Shown: positions 22,524 to 32,969, counted from the first letter of the stretch. The stretch: 64,000 bases of DNA from Allocoleopsis franciscana PCC 7113 (GCF_000317515.1 NC_019738.1:1745623-1809622); one strand, 5' to 3'. Program-made: numbers and translations. The notes: generated by a model from the letters alone, not told the origin.

Positions 22524-23507
22524 ATGTATGCAGCCGTGACCAATCCTCGTGTACTCTGCCTGGGTGAAATATTGTTTGATCTTCTAGCCGATCAGCTAGG
22601 GCGATCGCTTGAAAACGTTGAATCTTGGACTCCTTATCCAGGAGGTGCTCCAGCCAATGTTGCCTGTGCCTTAGTGAAACTAGGCACCCCTGCGGGCTTT
22701 ATCGGTTGTGTGGGGCAAGATAAAGCCGGAGACGATTTAGTTCAGCTATTGCAGGACGTTGGGGTGGATAGCACCGGCCTTCAGCGCCATCCAACGGCAC
22801 CCACGCGACAAGTTTACGTCGTGCGTTCTGAGCAGGGAGAGCGCGAGTTTGCCGGGTTTGGCGAACTGGATACCTCGAAATTTGCCGACGCCTTCCTCCA
22901 ATCATCCAAGTTACCGGAGTCCTTATTTGAAGCCGCTGATTTTTTAGTGTTAGGAACGTTGGAGTTAGCTTATCCTCAAACACGAGAAGCGATTCAAAAA
23001 GCCCTACACTTTGCAGAACTGTATGATGTCAAAGTATTAGTGGATATCAACTGGCGTCCCATGTTCTGGCCCGACCCTAGCGAGGCTAAGCCACTGGTTC
23101 AGGAGATGTTGCACAAAGTCGATTTTCTCAAGATTGCCAAGGAAGAAGCGGAGTTATTCTTTGATACTACAGATGCGGGTGCGATTACCCATCGTCTTGG
23201 TTCAGTCGAAGGCGTTTTAGTCACGGATGGAGATAAAGGCTGTGCCTACTGCTTAAGTGACCATGAAGATAATATTCCAGCTTTTTCCATGGCTGCCAAG
23301 GATACAACGGGTGCTGGAGATAGTTTTGTCGCCGGGTTTGTTCATCAGTTGTGTCAACATGGGCTGAAGAGCCTTGTTGATGCTGAATCAGCGAAGAATG
23401 TTGTGAAATATGCTAGTGCAGTAGGGGCACTGACGACCTTGAAACCGGGTGCGATCGCGGCTCAACCTACAGCGCAAGAGGTAGAAGCATTTCTCAAAAA
23501 ACAGTAA
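22524..23507 (+). CDS. PfkB-family carbohydrate kinase (fructokinase-like)
   Basis: N-terminal LCLGEILFDLL...GGAPANVACALVKLG and C-terminal DTTGAGDSFVAGF (anion-hole / DTxGAGD motif) are PfkB ribokinase-family signatures. Confidence 0.8.
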   Translation: MYAAVTNPRVLCLGEILFDLLADQLGRSLENVESWTPYPGGAPANVACALVKLGTPAGFIGCVGQDKAGDDLVQLLQDVGVDSTGLQRHPTAPTRQVYVVRSEQGEREFAGFGELDTSKFADAFLQSSKLPESLFEAADFLVLGTLELAYPQTREAIQKALHFAELYDVKVLVDINWRPMFWPDPSEAKPLVQEMLHKVDFLKIAKEEAELFFDTTDAGAITHRLGSVEGVLVTDGDKGCAYCLSDHEDNIPAFSMAAKDTTGAGDSFVAGFVHQLCQHGLKSLVDAESAKNVVKYASAVGALTTLKPGAIAAQPTAQEVEAFLKKQ

Positions 23508-23636
23508 AACGTTGTCTTTAGTCAGGTGAAATTTTACCTGGCTATGTTGAAAATCAGTCGATAAATCAACAGTTGAAACCCGTCCTAAGACAGCATTTTG
23601 TTAGGCGGGTTTTGTATATTTTAATTTGGAATTAAT

Positions 23637-24896
23637 ATGACTACTGACCAACTCCTGCGAAATATAATTGCCAATAAAATTACCACTGAACCCAACCAGC
23701 GAATTACCTTTGCGGATTACATGGACTTGGCACTTTATCACCCAGAACAGGGTTATTACGCAACAGGTGCCGTCAATATTGGCTCAGAGGGTGACTTTTT
23801 TACCTCACCTCACTTAAGTAGAGATTTTGGGGAGTTATTGGCTGAGCAGTTTGCCCAAATGTGGGATATTTTAGGGCACCCAATGCCTTTTACCTTAATG
23901 GAAATGGGAGCAGGTCAAGGGTTGTTGGCGGCAGATGTCTTGTATTACCTGCATCGGCATTACCCAGATTGTTTTAAGGCGTTAGAGTACATCATTATTG
24001 AAAAAGCAGCAGGACTAATTTATCAGCAACAACAACAGCTACATCGGTTAAAAATAGGGGATAAAGCGTTACCTTTACAATGGTGTTCGTTAGAAGAAAT
24101 ACCCGAAAATTCAATTACAGGTTGCTGTTTCTCCAATGAGCTAATCGATGCCTTTCCTGTGCATCAGGTTGTAATTGAAGGGGGGCAAATCAAGGAAATT
24201 TATCTAACAACAGCGAATACGGGTACTGATAGCTTAGCCTTAGATTCGCAAGCCTCATCTAAGATTAACTTTATTGAAGTCACAGATAGTCTATCAACAT
24301 CTAGAATAACCGAATATTTTGAATTCATCGGTATTGACTTATTATCAGATGCCTACCCGGAAGGTTATCGCACCGAAGTTAATTTCGCCGCTTTAGACTG
24401 GTTAAATACTGTTGCAAATCGACTAAAACGAGGATTTTTATTAACCATTGATTATGGTTATTCGGCTGATCGCTATTATCAGCCAGCGCGTCATCAAGGG
24501 ACGTTGCAATGTTATTACCAGCATCAGCATCATGACAACCCTTATTTGTATATTGGACAGCAGGATATTACTGCCCATGTCAACTTTACCGCCCTAGAAT
24601 ATCAAGGAGAGTTGTGCGGTTTGCGTAAGGTAGGATTCACTCAGCAGGGGTTGTTTTTAATGGCATTGGGATTAGGCGATCGCATTGGGGCACTTTCTGC
24701 CAGGGATAGCGATCGGGGAAATGCGATCGCAAAGGGGCAAGATGTGATGAAACTCATGCAGCGTCGTCAGATTTTACATCAATTGATGGACCCGATGGGA
24801 CTCGGAGGCTTTGGTGTTCTACTTCAGAGTAAGGGCTTGACGCAACAGGAAGAGCAAGTGTCGCTCAAAGGATTAACGGTACCGCCAATGTTTTAA
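23637..24896 (+). CDS. Class I SAM-dependent methyltransferase, MidA/NDUFAF7 (DUF185) family
   Basis: LMEMGAGQGLLAADVL (SAM-binding Gly-rich motif) in a 419-aa architecture with the DUF185-typical layout. Confidence 0.7.
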   Translation: MTTDQLLRNIIANKITTEPNQRITFADYMDLALYHPEQGYYATGAVNIGSEGDFFTSPHLSRDFGELLAEQFAQMWDILGHPMPFTLMEMGAGQGLLAADVLYYLHRHYPDCFKALEYIIIEKAAGLIYQQQQQLHRLKIGDKALPLQWCSLEEIPENSITGCCFSNELIDAFPVHQVVIEGGQIKEIYLTTANTGTDSLALDSQASSKINFIEVTDSLSTSRITEYFEFIGIDLLSDAYPEGYRTEVNFAALDWLNTVANRLKRGFLLTIDYGYSADRYYQPARHQGTLQCYYQHQHHDNPYLYIGQQDITAHVNFTALEYQGELCGLRKVGFTQQGLFLMALGLGDRIGALSARDSDRGNAIAKGQDVMKLMQRRQILHQLMDPMGLGGFGVLLQSKGLTQQEEQVSLKGLTVPPMF

Positions 24897-25113
24897 TCAT
24901 TCTGCTGTACAGCATGAATTTAATGTCACCCACATCCAAAAATTGCCTAGGACTCAACAAAAATTCTACTCCAAAAACTCTGCGTTCCTCTGCGCCTTCC
25001 TCTGTTCCCTCTGCGTTAAAAAAAATATTACGAGACTAACGGATGCGACATAAAATAGAAACTTTTGGATGCCACAGAATCATATATTGAGGCAATATCC
25101 AACCCCATCCCCC

Positions 25114-26163
25114 TCAAATCACACTCACCACTGCCGCAGATTCAGACACTTTCATCAAAGCTTCGCGCACCACCTCAGAACCTGCGCCAAGAATACACGA
25201 ATTTTCCGTTAAATGACGCTTCCAAGCTCTACTTCCCGGTTGTCCTGAAAACAATTGCAGCATGTGTCGGGTAATTTTATTCAGCTTCAGTCCCTTTGCT
25301 ACCCACAAATCAATATAGGAACACATCACTTCAGCGACTTCATGACGAGTTAAAGGTGTACCTTCCTCACCGTAAATCTCAGAATCAGCCGTTGCAAACA
25401 AGTAAGGATTGTCGTAAGCCGCACGTCCAATCATCACCGCATCCACAAGTTTTAGCTGTTCTTTCACCTGTTGTAAATTAGTGAATCCCCCGTTAATTTC
25501 AACGAATAAATGAGGAAATTCTTGCTTGAGACGATGCACATCACCATAACGCAAAGGGGGAATATCCCGATTTTCCTTGGGGCTTAAACCCTGAAGCCAA
25601 GCCTTGCGGGCGTGCACAGTAAAACGCTGACAGCCTGCATCCGAGACAATACGGACAAAGTTAACCATATCCTCATAGCGATCGCACTCATCAATCCCAA
25701 TGCGATGCTTGACCGTAACAGGGATATTCACCGCCTCAATCATCGCTTCTACAGCCTTTGCTACCCGTTCCGGTTGCGCCATCAGGCAAGCCCCAAAGTT
25801 GCCATTTTGTACGCGATCGCTTGGACAACCGACATTGAGGTTAATCTCGTCGTAGCCCATATTCTCGGCAATTCGCGCACATTCCGCTAATTCTTCAGAG
25901 TTATCGCCCCCGACTTGAAGCGCTAGGGGTTTTTCTTCCGGGGAGAAACCGAGTAGATGTTCTTTGTCGCCATGTAGAATTGCCGCACTGGTGACCATCT
26001 CGGTATAGAGTAGGGTGCGCTGGGTGATTTGCCGCATGAAATAGCGAAAGTGGCGATCGGTGCGATCCATCATCGGCGCAACACTTAAGGGGTTACCGTC
26101 TAGGGTAAGTGTGTATTCAGTGCTAACCGGATTGGTAAAAATGGCTGTGTCGAGATGGGACAT
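25114..26163 (-). CDS. dusA: tRNA-dihydrouridine synthase A
   Basis: LSVAPMMDRTDRHFRYFMRQIT...NLNVGCPS...KHRIGID are DusA signatures (TIM-barrel flavoenzyme). Confidence 0.9.
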   Translation of the reverse strand: MSHLDTAIFTNPVSTEYTLTLDGNPLSVAPMMDRTDRHFRYFMRQITQRTLLYTEMVTSAAILHGDKEHLLGFSPEEKPLALQVGGDNSEELAECARIAENMGYDEINLNVGCPSDRVQNGNFGACLMAQPERVAKAVEAMIEAVNIPVTVKHRIGIDECDRYEDMVNFVRIVSDAGCQRFTVHARKAWLQGLSPKENRDIPPLRYGDVHRLKQEFPHLFVEINGGFTNLQQVKEQLKLVDAVMIGRAAYDNPYLFATADSEIYGEEGTPLTRHEVAEVMCSYIDLWVAKGLKLNKITRHMLQLFSGQPGSRAWKRHLTENSCILGAGSEVVREALMKVSESAAVVSVI

Positions 26164-26325
26164 TGGATTGTAGATTATGGATTTTGGATGGTTTCCGCTA
26201 TCCAGGGCTTATTGAAGTGATCGTAGCTCTGCCAGCACCTACAGTGGCATATACCACAGGATAAGGGCACGACATGTCGTGCCCCTACAAACTACTCGTT
26301 ATCTTTGTGATTGCAATAGCGCTCT

Positions 26326-26859
26326 TTATTTTTGAGGAATAGGTGGATATTCTAGCTCTGCTTCCCAGAAATAAACCCGATCGCAATATCTGGATTGATT
26401 AGAACAAACCGTTTCAATCGCCACGTTACTGGTGGGCGTGACATCTAACGTTACAACTTCTCCTTGTCCTGGAGAAACAGTTCTCGCTTCAGCCCTTTGT
26501 CCATCCAAATAAACGTTAACATTCACTGAAGGACTACCTTTGTCATTGTCGCGCATCCCGAACGATAACTTCAGTCGTTGAAAGATGACTCCTCCATCAT
26601 TGGGTTGAAGCCTACAAGTCATTGAGGCAGCACGATTACCCGGCCCCATAAACAGTCTTGATGTGTAAACCGCTTTACCGACAGAAACATCTTCAGTCCG
26701 ACGCAACCAGTTACCGATTCCTGTATTAACACACGGTCGTCGAAGGAGAAATATGGATAGGGGTGCCTCTTGAGCCATTGGCTCACCTTGAGGGGCAAGA
26801 GTCAACAACAGTGCGGTACTGGCAAGGATTGCGCTAATTAACTTGGTCTTTTTTTGCAT
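26326..26859 (-). CDS. Hypothetical secreted protein (signal peptide)
   Basis: N-terminal KKTKLISAILASTALLLTLAP hydrophobic leader. No known domain. Confidence 0.45.
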   Translation of the reverse strand: MQKKTKLISAILASTALLLTLAPQGEPMAQEAPLSIFLLRRPCVNTGIGNWLRRTEDVSVGKAVYTSRLFMGPGNRAASMTCRLQPNDGGVIFQRLKLSFGMRDNDKGSPSVNVNVYLDGQRAEARTVSPGQGEVVTLDVTPTSNVAIETVCSNQSRYCDRVYFWEAELEYPPIPQK

Positions 26860-26952
26860 TGAAAAACCGCAAACGCCAATGGGTGTTTACGTACATCATC
26901 CCATATAGGAATTATTCTCTGGCGTATCGGTAAAAGTCGGCAATTTCCTTAG

Positions 26953-27663
26953 TTATGGGGCAGGTGAGACATCAATGATCGCTTTTTGATAAGCTTTGAC
27001 TTGCAAATCAATCCCAGTAATCGCTGTACCCACCACAACAGCATAGGCTCCTCGTTTCAAGGCTTCTTGAGCCATTTGGGGTGAGGCAATACCGCCCTCA
27101 CAAATGACGGGAACATCCAACTGCTCTACGATCTGACTGAGCAAGTCAAAGCCAGGGGGAGAGAGGTGTTGAGTTTGAGCCGTGTAGCCGTAGAGAGTGG
27201 TACCGACGATATCAGCACCTGCTTTTTGGGATGCGATCGCACTTTCAATCGTATCCACATCTGCCATCACCAGCTTACCCAGTTCATCGTGAATACGCTC
27301 AATTATCGTCTCAATCGTTTCTCCACCAGGGCGTTGACGTAATGTCGCATCAATCGCAATGATATCCGCACCCGCCGATGCGATCGCTTCTGCATGGTGA
27401 AACTGAGGAGTAATATAAACGTCAAACCCTGGTAACTGCTGTTTCCATAACCCAATAATTGGAGTCTTTGGACATTGCCGACGTACTGCCTGAACATGAG
27501 CTGGAGTATCAATCCGAACGGCGACAGCACCCTGATTTACAGACGCCTGTGCCATAGCGGCAATCACCAAGGGGTCGTGTAAAGGTGAGTCAATAGGGGC
27601 TTGACAAGAAACAATTAAACCCTTCAAAAAACTTGGAATTAGATTATTAGAATTCGCTACCAT
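26953..27663 (-). CDS. nanE: Putative N-acetylmannosamine-6-phosphate 2-epimerase
   Basis: LKGLIVSCQAP...DPLVIAAMAQA...AVRIDTPAHVQAVR and the C-terminal GTAIT block match NanE (TIM barrel). Confidence 0.8.
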   Translation of the reverse strand: MVANSNNLIPSFLKGLIVSCQAPIDSPLHDPLVIAAMAQASVNQGAVAVRIDTPAHVQAVRRQCPKTPIIGLWKQQLPGFDVYITPQFHHAEAIASAGADIIAIDATLRQRPGGETIETIIERIHDELGKLVMADVDTIESAIASQKAGADIVGTTLYGYTAQTQHLSPPGFDLLSQIVEQLDVPVICEGGIASPQMAQEALKRGAYAVVVGTAITGIDLQVKAYQKAIIDVSPAP

Positions 27664-27980
27664 ACTAGAGATTGGAAGGGATTAGGGACAGTGCCAAGCA
27701 ATTTTAACCCTAGGGCGTATTTTCCACTCCTTCGTGCCCCCAGTCCTCCTAATTAAAGTTTCGGTTAAGAAGTGGGAAAAAGTCGGTCAAAGTCCCCTTT
27801 TTAAGGCAGAGTTAGGAGAATCTCAATCGGATAGAGGAGTTAAGAAAACACAGAGTAGCGAGTTGGCACTCCAGGGAGCATCACGGCTCAAGTTACTGCA
27901 AATTTTTTGCATATCCTCTGTTCTCTCAAGAGATATAGAAATAGAGGCTTGAAAACGTCATCCATTAAGCCCTGAAGAAT

Positions 27981-30275
27981 ATGGTAATGTCTGACGATAA
28001 GACGCCAAGCGTCTACGAACCACTGACTTCCAGAATTGACAAAGTAAAAGTCTATGCAGCAGGTGCAACGGTTACTCGTGTCGCTGACTTACAGCTAGAC
28101 GCAGGCGAAATCCCAGAACAGGTTGAAATGGCGGGATTACCGCTAGCACTGGATGATAGCAGCGTTCGGGTGCGTGTGGAATCTGCATTGGGCGCGAGTA
28201 CGGCAATTGCCACTGATGTTCGGATTGGTTTAGCGGTTCCCCCACGCCAAGCCGTACAAAATTCACCAACCGATGAGGAGGTGCGGGAAGCGAAGGCTGA
28301 GGTACAACAGCTTGAGGATGCGATCGCTTTAATTGAAAATGAAATCGCCATCCTCTATCAACTAGATGTACCAGAACGCCCCGATGGGGAAGAAGGGAAA
28401 GCTCCCCCGCCTTCGCCTCTGACGGCTAGACTCGCCTTGACGAACTTTAAGGATGAACAAGTTCGTGCCCGCATCACAGAAAAGCGCGAAACGACGGAAA
28501 AGTTACGCCAAGCGCAAGAACATCTCGACGACTTACTGCAAAAACAGGCTCGTGCTTCTAATGCTAAAGAGGTTCGCCCCCATGAGCTTCGCAAGACAGT
28601 CGTTGTTCGGTTAAGTAACGAGGGTGAACCCAGTACCCTTGCAGGGCAAAGGTTAGTTGTAGAGTATTTTGTCCCAGGCGCACGTTGGACACCGACTTAT
28701 ATTTGCCGTTTGGATAGTACGGGAAATCAGGCAACAGTAGCAGTACGAGCCTTAATTTGTCAGCGCACGGGTGAAGATTGGTCGGGAGTCAGCTTGGAAC
28801 TTTCGACGGCTGAACCCCTGTCATGGTGTGAGTTGCCCGAATTGCCCTCTCTACGGCTTGGACGCGCTCAACCCAGGTTAAAAACATCGGGCTGGCGTCT
28901 TCCTCCGGTTGGTGCTGAGATTTTGTTTGAGGATTTTGATCGGCAGAAACAGGTAGCGATTTCTGCTGTATCTGTGCACTCCGTCCTCACGGATATCCCT
29001 TCCCCAAGCGTGCCACCGTTACCCAATTTGGCTGTAGAAGTTCTGAAACATCAGGGAATTGACGCCACACAAGTCCCAAAAAAAATGAGTCAGTCACCCT
29101 TGGACACACAAGAAATCTTTGAGAGAAGTCAGGAACTCCGCAAAGCTTCCTTTTCCCAGCAGAGGAGACGGCAGCGAGTCGAGTTAACAACCGATGAACC
29201 TTCTGCACCACGGGATGAATTTGATATCACCTTGATGTCTCCAGGCATGATCGACGCAGGCGAGTATAGCGGATACGCTGAAAGTATGCCTGCGGCAGCT
29301 CCGGCTGTATTTCGATCCCCTTCTAGACCCAAGACAGCCGCATTCCACGAGTCTCGACAAGCACAAGTGAGGGAAGAGGAAGACGCTTTAACCAATCTCC
29401 TCGCCTATAGCTTAATGCGGATGGGAGCCGCCGATGAACCAACCCAACGCGGTAAGTTGTCGATTGAGCAACGGCAAGAAGTCTATTTAGAAATCCTCAA
29501 ACGCCGGAACGTCGTTGTTAGTTTCAATGTACTCACAATAGTGCAACAGGCTGCAATTGATGCACGCAATTGCATTTATATCAATCTACCTCCCGGTGGA
29601 ATTAATGTGCGACAGGTTGCAGGTTCCTTTGACTATGCCTACAGCGCTGATGGACGTATCGATGTCCCTTCCGATGGTGAATTTCATTCTGTCGCTCTAA
29701 CGAGTAACTCGACAGATGTGGATTTGCGCTATGTGGTGGTACCCCGCGAGGATACCAATGTCTTCCGCATTGCTCAACTCAAGAACCCCTTACAAGCTCC
29801 CCTACTAGCTGGCCCTGCGGATGTGTATGTGGATGGCGAGTATATCTTATCGACTAAGATTACTACAGTGCCACCCAAGGGACAAATGGAGTTAGGTCTA
29901 GGGGTTGAGCAAGCCATCAAAGTAGCCCGGAACACGAGTTATCAGGAAGTTCGTTCCGGTGAAACCCTTGTTGCTTTTAACGAACTGCGCCACAACATTC
30001 AAATTGATATTGCCAACCGTTTACCCAGAGACGCGGCAATTGAGGTACGGGAACGAATTCCCATCCCTGACGCAGATGCCAAGGTTGATGTGCAAATTGA
30101 TCGCGCCTCACCGGAGTGGGAGAAATATGAACAACAAGAACGCGGCATACCGATTCGCGGAGGTTACCGTTGGCGAGTACAAGTGCCAGGGGGAGAGCAA
30201 ACAAAGCTATCAGTACAGTACACAATTAAAACGTTTGTGGATAGTGAGCTAATCGGGGGAAATCGACGGGAATAA
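27981..30275 (+). CDS. DUF4140/DUF4139 (TIGR02231, MuiA-like) family protein carrying a long disordered Pro/Ser/Arg-rich central insertion
   Basis: N-terminal domain (VYAAGATVTRVADLQLDAG...VRV), the conserved central block EYFVPGARWTPTYICRL...CQRTGEDWSGVSLELSTAEP and the C-terminal DUF4139-type beta-rich domain. It is a paralogue of the 31010-32596 product. Confidence 0.6.
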   Translation: MVMSDDKTPSVYEPLTSRIDKVKVYAAGATVTRVADLQLDAGEIPEQVEMAGLPLALDDSSVRVRVESALGASTAIATDVRIGLAVPPRQAVQNSPTDEEVREAKAEVQQLEDAIALIENEIAILYQLDVPERPDGEEGKAPPPSPLTARLALTNFKDEQVRARITEKRETTEKLRQAQEHLDDLLQKQARASNAKEVRPHELRKTVVVRLSNEGEPSTLAGQRLVVEYFVPGARWTPTYICRLDSTGNQATVAVRALICQRTGEDWSGVSLELSTAEPLSWCELPELPSLRLGRAQPRLKTSGWRLPPVGAEILFEDFDRQKQVAISAVSVHSVLTDIPSPSVPPLPNLAVEVLKHQGIDATQVPKKMSQSPLDTQEIFERSQELRKASFSQQRRRQRVELTTDEPSAPRDEFDITLMSPGMIDAGEYSGYAESMPAAAPAVFRSPSRPKTAAFHESRQAQVREEEDALTNLLAYSLMRMGAADEPTQRGKLSIEQRQEVYLEILKRRNVVVSFNVLTIVQQAAIDARNCIYINLPPGGINVRQVAGSFDYAYSADGRIDVPSDGEFHSVALTSNSTDVDLRYVVVPREDTNVFRIAQLKNPLQAPLLAGPADVYVDGEYILSTKITTVPPKGQMELGLGVEQAIKVARNTSYQEVRSGETLVAFNELRHNIQIDIANRLPRDAAIEVRERIPIPDADAKVDVQIDRASPEWEKYEQQERGIPIRGGYRWRVQVPGGEQTKLSVQYTIKTFVDSELIGGNRRE

Positions 30276-30345
30276 CAGAGACTTTCCCCAAATACTTGAC
30301 CGAATGTGTTGAACAAAAATCGAGCATCTACTAGGGACATTCGCT

Positions 30346-30990
30346 ATGCAGTCGGAACACCTACAACAAATCATGGATTATTACATTGAGGATGCTCAAA
30401 ACCATCTTGCTATCATTGAGCAGCATTTGTTGAAGTTGCAAAGTACGATTGAAGACCCAGAAATTGTGAGTGAGTTATTCCGCGCTGCACGTTGCGGAAT
30501 TGTTGGCGGAGCTAACTTGCTACCCATCAGTAGCTTTTATATCAACAGCATTCATAAAACGGGCTTTTGCTTAGTCGATTGTTTAAAAGTCATTCAGCAA
30601 CAGGGTTCGATCAAGATTGACCAAAAGCTAAAAGACCTATTAATGCAGGTATTTTACCGCCTCAAATCATTAATTGAACAATTGCGACAACCTTCTAACT
30701 TAAAGGATGATCAGGCTAAGCAAGTAATATCAGAAATTGAGCCAATTCGAGCAGCACTAATAGCACACCTTCATGGATTAAGCCATCAATCAGGAGGTAT
30801 GAATCGGCAAGAAATCGCCCTAACGAAGTGCTGTAATGTTAGCGACATGACCTTACAAGAGTCAGCACATATCGCATCCGAATTGGACGATGACATTCCC
30901 TCCCTAGAAGAGTTGGAATCACTCTTTGATGAACTCTTCCTCGATAGTTCTTGCGCTAATGTAGCCCCCATCAGTCAGGACGAACTGTAA
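30346..30990 (+). CDS. Hypothetical all-helical protein with a degenerate HPt-like segment (ELFRAARCGIVGGANLL)
   Basis: 214 aa between the two DUF4139 paralogues with 19-bp spacing to the next gene. The segment resembles the HPt/CheA-P1 block LFRAAHTIKGSAGM, but the phospho-accepting His is replaced by Arg. Confidence 0.45.
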   Translation: MQSEHLQQIMDYYIEDAQNHLAIIEQHLLKLQSTIEDPEIVSELFRAARCGIVGGANLLPISSFYINSIHKTGFCLVDCLKVIQQQGSIKIDQKLKDLLMQVFYRLKSLIEQLRQPSNLKDDQAKQVISEIEPIRAALIAHLHGLSHQSGGMNRQEIALTKCCNVSDMTLQESAHIASELDDDIPSLEELESLFDELFLDSSCANVAPISQDEL

Positions 30991-31009
30991 TCCAGAGGAA
31001 ACAATATTA

Positions 31010-32596
31010 ATGATGCAAGCCATTGGGCAATCGCCAAACACCATTCAACAACTCACTCTCGATGCACCTGTAGCTACAGTCACGCTCCTAGAAGACCGTG
31101 CCTTAGTGCGGCGAGTGGGTCAAGTTAACCTAACACAAGGATTATGGCGAATTAAAGTCGAGAACGTTGCGCCCGTACTTTCTGATAAATCCCTACGTGC
31201 CGAGTTTACTGGAGACTATTCAGGGGCAAGAATAGACGATGTTCGCGTTCGCCGCCAGATGCGGGTGTTGGAAGAGGAACGATCCGAAGAAATTAAAGGC
31301 TTGCTGGCAGAATTGCGATCGCTGCAAAACACCTTCAACCATCTTACCGAAGACCGCCAACATCAAGAGTATTCCTTTGAGCAAGTCGGCACCATCTTGG
31401 CGCATAGTTTGCAGGAACTCCCCATCGATGCCGTTTGGGGACAACTCGACCCGAAATCCTGGCGCGACCAATTTCAAACCCTATTTAAGCAGTTGCGCGA
31501 ACTGCGTACCGAAATTTTAAACGGTTATCACAATCAGGAAAAGTTAAGGGAGCTCCTTAATGACTTAGGCACCCGAATCCGCGCCCTGTCCAGCCCTGAA
31601 CTACTCTACACTGCCCACATCGAAGCCGATTTAATGGTGAATCAAGCAGGAGAGTATGCCATTGCTTTCGACTACGTGGTTCCTAATGCCATGTGGCGAC
31701 CGTGGCACCAAGCCCGTTTGCTGTTAGAAGAAAAGCCCTCTCTCTCCTTTCGCGTCGATGGTTGTGTATGGCAACGCACTGGCGAAGATTGGAAGAATGT
31801 GGATTTAGTCTTTTCCACTGCCCGTGCTTCCCTGGGCACCGAACCCCCCTTACTTGCCGATGACCCGTTAAATGTGCGGGAAAAATCCAAACAAATCATC
31901 ATTGAAACCCGCGACCAAAAAATTCAAACCACTGGACTCGGTGCAGGTGCAACACCGGGTACTGTTGAGCTACCGGGTGTGGATGACGGCGGTGAAGTCC
32001 GCAACCTACGACCCGCCAGTAAAGCGACGATTCCCTCTGATGGTCGTCCCTACCGTGTTCCCATCTTCTCCTTCTCCTCAGAAGCGGAGGTGGAGTATGT
32101 TTTGATGCCAGAACTGTCTTGTCAGGTTGTCCTTAAAAGCGAGCAGACCAATACCGCCCAATTCCCCATTCTGGCAGGGCCAGTGGATTTAGTGCGCTCA
32201 TCCGAGTTTGTCGGCAAGACATCGGTCGGATTTATTGCACCCGGAGAGAAGTTTGCCTTGGGATGGGGGCCAGATGGGGCAATGCGTGTGCAACGCACTA
32301 CAACCCAGAAAAGAAAACAAGACCATCTCACCAAGTGGAATACCGTCACAACCACGATTGAGTTATTTATCTCGAATATTGGAGCAGAGTCAAGGACGAT
32401 TAAAACCACAGAACGCGTACCCGTTTCAGAGTTGGAACAGGTGAAGGTAGAAGTGATTGCCCAAAAAACGACAGACGGCGTCCAACCAGATGAGAATGGC
32501 TTCTGTACGTGGCATTTCACCCTAGAACCCTACTCTCAACTTCAGGTTACTTTAGTCTATAAAGTCTCAGCCGCACCAGAGGTTCAAGGCTTCTAA
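31010..32596 (+). CDS. DUF4140/DUF4139 (TIGR02231, MuiA-like) family protein, canonical length
   Basis: Shares the conserved block DYVVPNAMWRPWHQARL...WQRTGEDWKNVDLVFSTARA with the 27981-30275 product. Coiled-coil middle section. Confidence 0.65.
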   Translation: MMQAIGQSPNTIQQLTLDAPVATVTLLEDRALVRRVGQVNLTQGLWRIKVENVAPVLSDKSLRAEFTGDYSGARIDDVRVRRQMRVLEEERSEEIKGLLAELRSLQNTFNHLTEDRQHQEYSFEQVGTILAHSLQELPIDAVWGQLDPKSWRDQFQTLFKQLRELRTEILNGYHNQEKLRELLNDLGTRIRALSSPELLYTAHIEADLMVNQAGEYAIAFDYVVPNAMWRPWHQARLLLEEKPSLSFRVDGCVWQRTGEDWKNVDLVFSTARASLGTEPPLLADDPLNVREKSKQIIIETRDQKIQTTGLGAGATPGTVELPGVDDGGEVRNLRPASKATIPSDGRPYRVPIFSFSSEAEVEYVLMPELSCQVVLKSEQTNTAQFPILAGPVDLVRSSEFVGKTSVGFIAPGEKFALGWGPDGAMRVQRTTTQKRKQDHLTKWNTVTTTIELFISNIGAESRTIKTTERVPVSELEQVKVEVIAQKTTDGVQPDENGFCTWHFTLEPYSQLQVTLVYKVSAAPEVQGF

Positions 32597-32610
32597 CCGC
32601 TTTCATTGGT

Positions 32611-32693
32611 GTAGTGCAAGAAGGCAGAAGGCAGGAGGCAAAAGCAGGAGGTAAGAAAGCTTGTACAGTAAGCTTTTTCACCTTTTTCAACTG
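32611..32693. repeat. Copy A of a dispersed intergenic repeat of about 75-80 bp (gtagtgcaagaaggcag...gtacagtaagctttttcacctttttcaactgg)
   Basis: The reverse complement of 59337-59406 matches at about 90 percent over the ends, with an 11-bp internal indel. Confidence 0.8.
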
Positions 32694-32969
32694 GATAATT
32701 ATTTGCGCCACCCTGTACTAGTGATCGAAATCACACGCTCTGGCAGTATCCCGTCACCGGGCTGAATTATTTGCCGTCACAAAAAAATAGCGTTAATTTC
32801 ACGAGTTGCTATAGGATGCCATCACTGTTGGAGGCGGAGGTTCGTGAGAACTTGAAATTGTTAAGTACAACACAGTCCTCGCAGAGACAGTGAACGTGTA
32901 CATCCTTGCTTACAGGTCTTAGAGCTTCCTTAATCTATTCCCTCTAACGCAAAGGATCGCAGACTGACT

